A stretch of 64,000 nucleotides of DNA, from contig NC_081384.1 of NCBI RefSeq assembly GCF_030684315.1, positions 6,418,655 to 6,482,654 on the forward strand. Direction: 5' to 3'. This document shows positions 62,185-64,000 of this stretch, one piece after another (the first letter of the stretch is position 1; each line of letters begins with the position of its first letter). Made by a program: the position numbers and the translations under genes. The DNA comes from Stegostoma tigrinum (lineage: Eukaryota). The notes beneath the pieces were generated by a model. The model did no database searches. It saw only the letters and a list, made by a program, of their open reading frames with translations, and was not told where the DNA came from.

Positions 62185-63112
62185 AGCTGGCAGATAGGGT
62201 GGTCAAGAAGGCATACAGTATGCTTGCTTTCATCAACTAGGGCATCAAATATAAAAGTTGACAAGTTTTGTTAAAATTTTAGCTCGGCCACATTTGGAAT
62301 ATTGCGTGCAGTTCTGGTCGTCACACTATCAGAAGGATGTGGATATTTTAGAGAGGGTGCAGAGGAGGTTTACTAGGATGTTGCCTGGCCTGGAGGGTTT
62401 TAGTTATGAGGAGAGTTTGGATAAACTTGGATTGTCTTCATTGGAAAAATGGAGGCAGTGGGGCCACCTGATAAAGATCTACAAAATTATGAGAGGCAGA
62501 GATAGATTAGCTTAGATTAGATTCCCTACAGTGTGGAAACAGGCCCTTTGGCCCAACAAGTCCACACTGCCCCTTGGAGCATCCCACCCAGACCCATCAC
62601 CCTATAGCCCACACATCCCTGAACATTATGGGCAATTTAGCATGGCCGTTCCTCCCAGCCTGCACAGCTTTGGGCTGTGGGAGGAAACCGGAGCACCCGG
62701 AGGAAACCCACTCAGACAGTGAGAATGTGCAAACTCCACACAAACAGTTGCCGAGAGTGGAATCGAATTCGGGTCCCTGGCGCTGTGAGGCTGCAGGATG
62801 GGATCAGAAACATTTTCCCCAAGGTGAAGAATTCAACTACACGAGGGCACAGGTTCAAGGAGAGTGTGGGAAAGTTTAGGGGAGAGGTGCGGTGAAAATC
62901 TTTCACCCAGAGGGTGGTGGGTGCTTGGAAAGCGCTGCCAATGGAAGTGGTGGAAGCAGGCATGTTGGCAATGTTTAAGGTACATCTTGATAGGCAAATG
63001 AACTGGAGGTGAACGGAGGGATAGAAACTGTGCATGGGCAATAACTAGAGTCTAAATAAGGATTAGGAATCAGCACAGGCTTGGTGGGCTGAAGGGCCTG
63101 TTCCTGTGCTCA
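62185..63112 (+). mobile_element. CR1 LINE 3' portion, interrupted by a V-SINE
   Basis: LARPHLEYCVQFWS...LERVQRRFTRMLPGLEG; resumes with TRGHRFK. Confidence 0.92.
62506..62797 (-). mobile_element. V-SINE (slightly 5'-truncated) inside CR1
   Basis: (TTAGA)n tail and antisense V domain. Confidence 0.9.
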
Positions 63113-63239
63113 ATTCAATTGTATTGTATTAATGAAATGTGTCAAGGGACTTCATAGGTCCATTATATAAACAAAGGACAGCACCAAGCCACATGAGGAC
63201 CAATTATTCAAATGAACAAAGATAAGATAAAGTTACTGG

Positions 63240-63540
63240 TATTTCTGTTTTCCCTAAAATGGGTAATTTCAACACTAGGGGGCACATTAAGATGAGAGGA
63301 GAGAGATTTAAGAGGCAAATTTGTTACACAGAGGGTGGTTCGCACGTGGAATGAACATCCTGAGGGAGTGTTGGATGTGGGTAAAATAAGACACTTGGAC
63401 GGATATATGAAAAGGAAGAGTTTGCAGGGATATGGGCCAGGAGCAGGCAGATGGGGCTGGTTTAGTTTGGGATTATGTTCAGTCTGGACGGGTTGGGCCG
63501 AAGGGTCTCTTTCGATGCTGTATGACTCTATGACTATGAC
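63240..63540 (+). mobile_element. CR1 3' end
   Basis: ACACAGAGGGTGGTT...TGGAATGA; tail CTGTATGACTCTATGAC. Confidence 0.85.
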
Positions 63541-64000
63541 TACATTATAAACTAGGAGGATGAGCTGCATGGGCACATGGGAGCACCACTGCCTCCAAGC
63601 TTGCCTTTAATTTGGACATATATCCTCGTTCCTTCATCCATCTGTGTCAAAATTCTGGAGGTTCATCGTCCCAATGCCAGTGGTCCCAGGAGGAGGCATT
63701 TCAACACCTTCTCAAGCATACTTAGGAAAGGCAAGAATTAGGCCCAAATCAAGAATGGGTAAGTCAACCCTCAAACATTAACCCTCATTAATCCAGAGTC
63801 CACAAAAGTAGCCCTTTTCTTGTTACCTGACCTGAAACAAAATGGTGCCCCTTGTGATATGACGTGATGGAATACAAGAGGGAGCACCCTCGAAACAGCA
63901 ATAATAAATCAACCAGATAGAAACCAATTGTCTCCATTCTCAGTGAAATGTTGTGCAAAGATGTTGTCAGTAGCGTGGCCTGCAATAAACATCGCCCATA

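Overview
Vertebrate non-coding DNA. The repeat set (HE1-type V-SINEs, DeuSINEs, abundant CR1, Penelope-like elements) points to a cartilaginous fish, probably a carpet shark; this is inference. I recognise no host protein-coding gene or structural RNA gene, and nearly all ORFs in the track are chance frames or retroelement relics. Much of the window is nested retrotransposon debris: CR1, L2, RTE and Tx1 LINEs, Gypsy LTR elements, several tRNA-derived SINE families and Penelope-like elements (PLEs). Between the repeats are unique AT-rich islands that look like enhancers, so the window may be a gene desert or large intron. The most interesting signal is a PLE/hammerhead ribozyme system. It comprises (i) a young Neptune-type PLE with an uninterrupted Zn-linker plus GIY-YIG frame, a 14-bp TSD and a minimal hammerhead; (ii) a Penelope/Poseidon-type element forming a ~1.3-kb inverted repeat with a hammerhead in each arm; and (iii) more than a dozen 75-520-bp non-autonomous derivatives, several with 10-15-bp TSDs and several being palindromes centred on the ribozyme. 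Boundaries are read by eye and are approximate unless fixed by a TSD.
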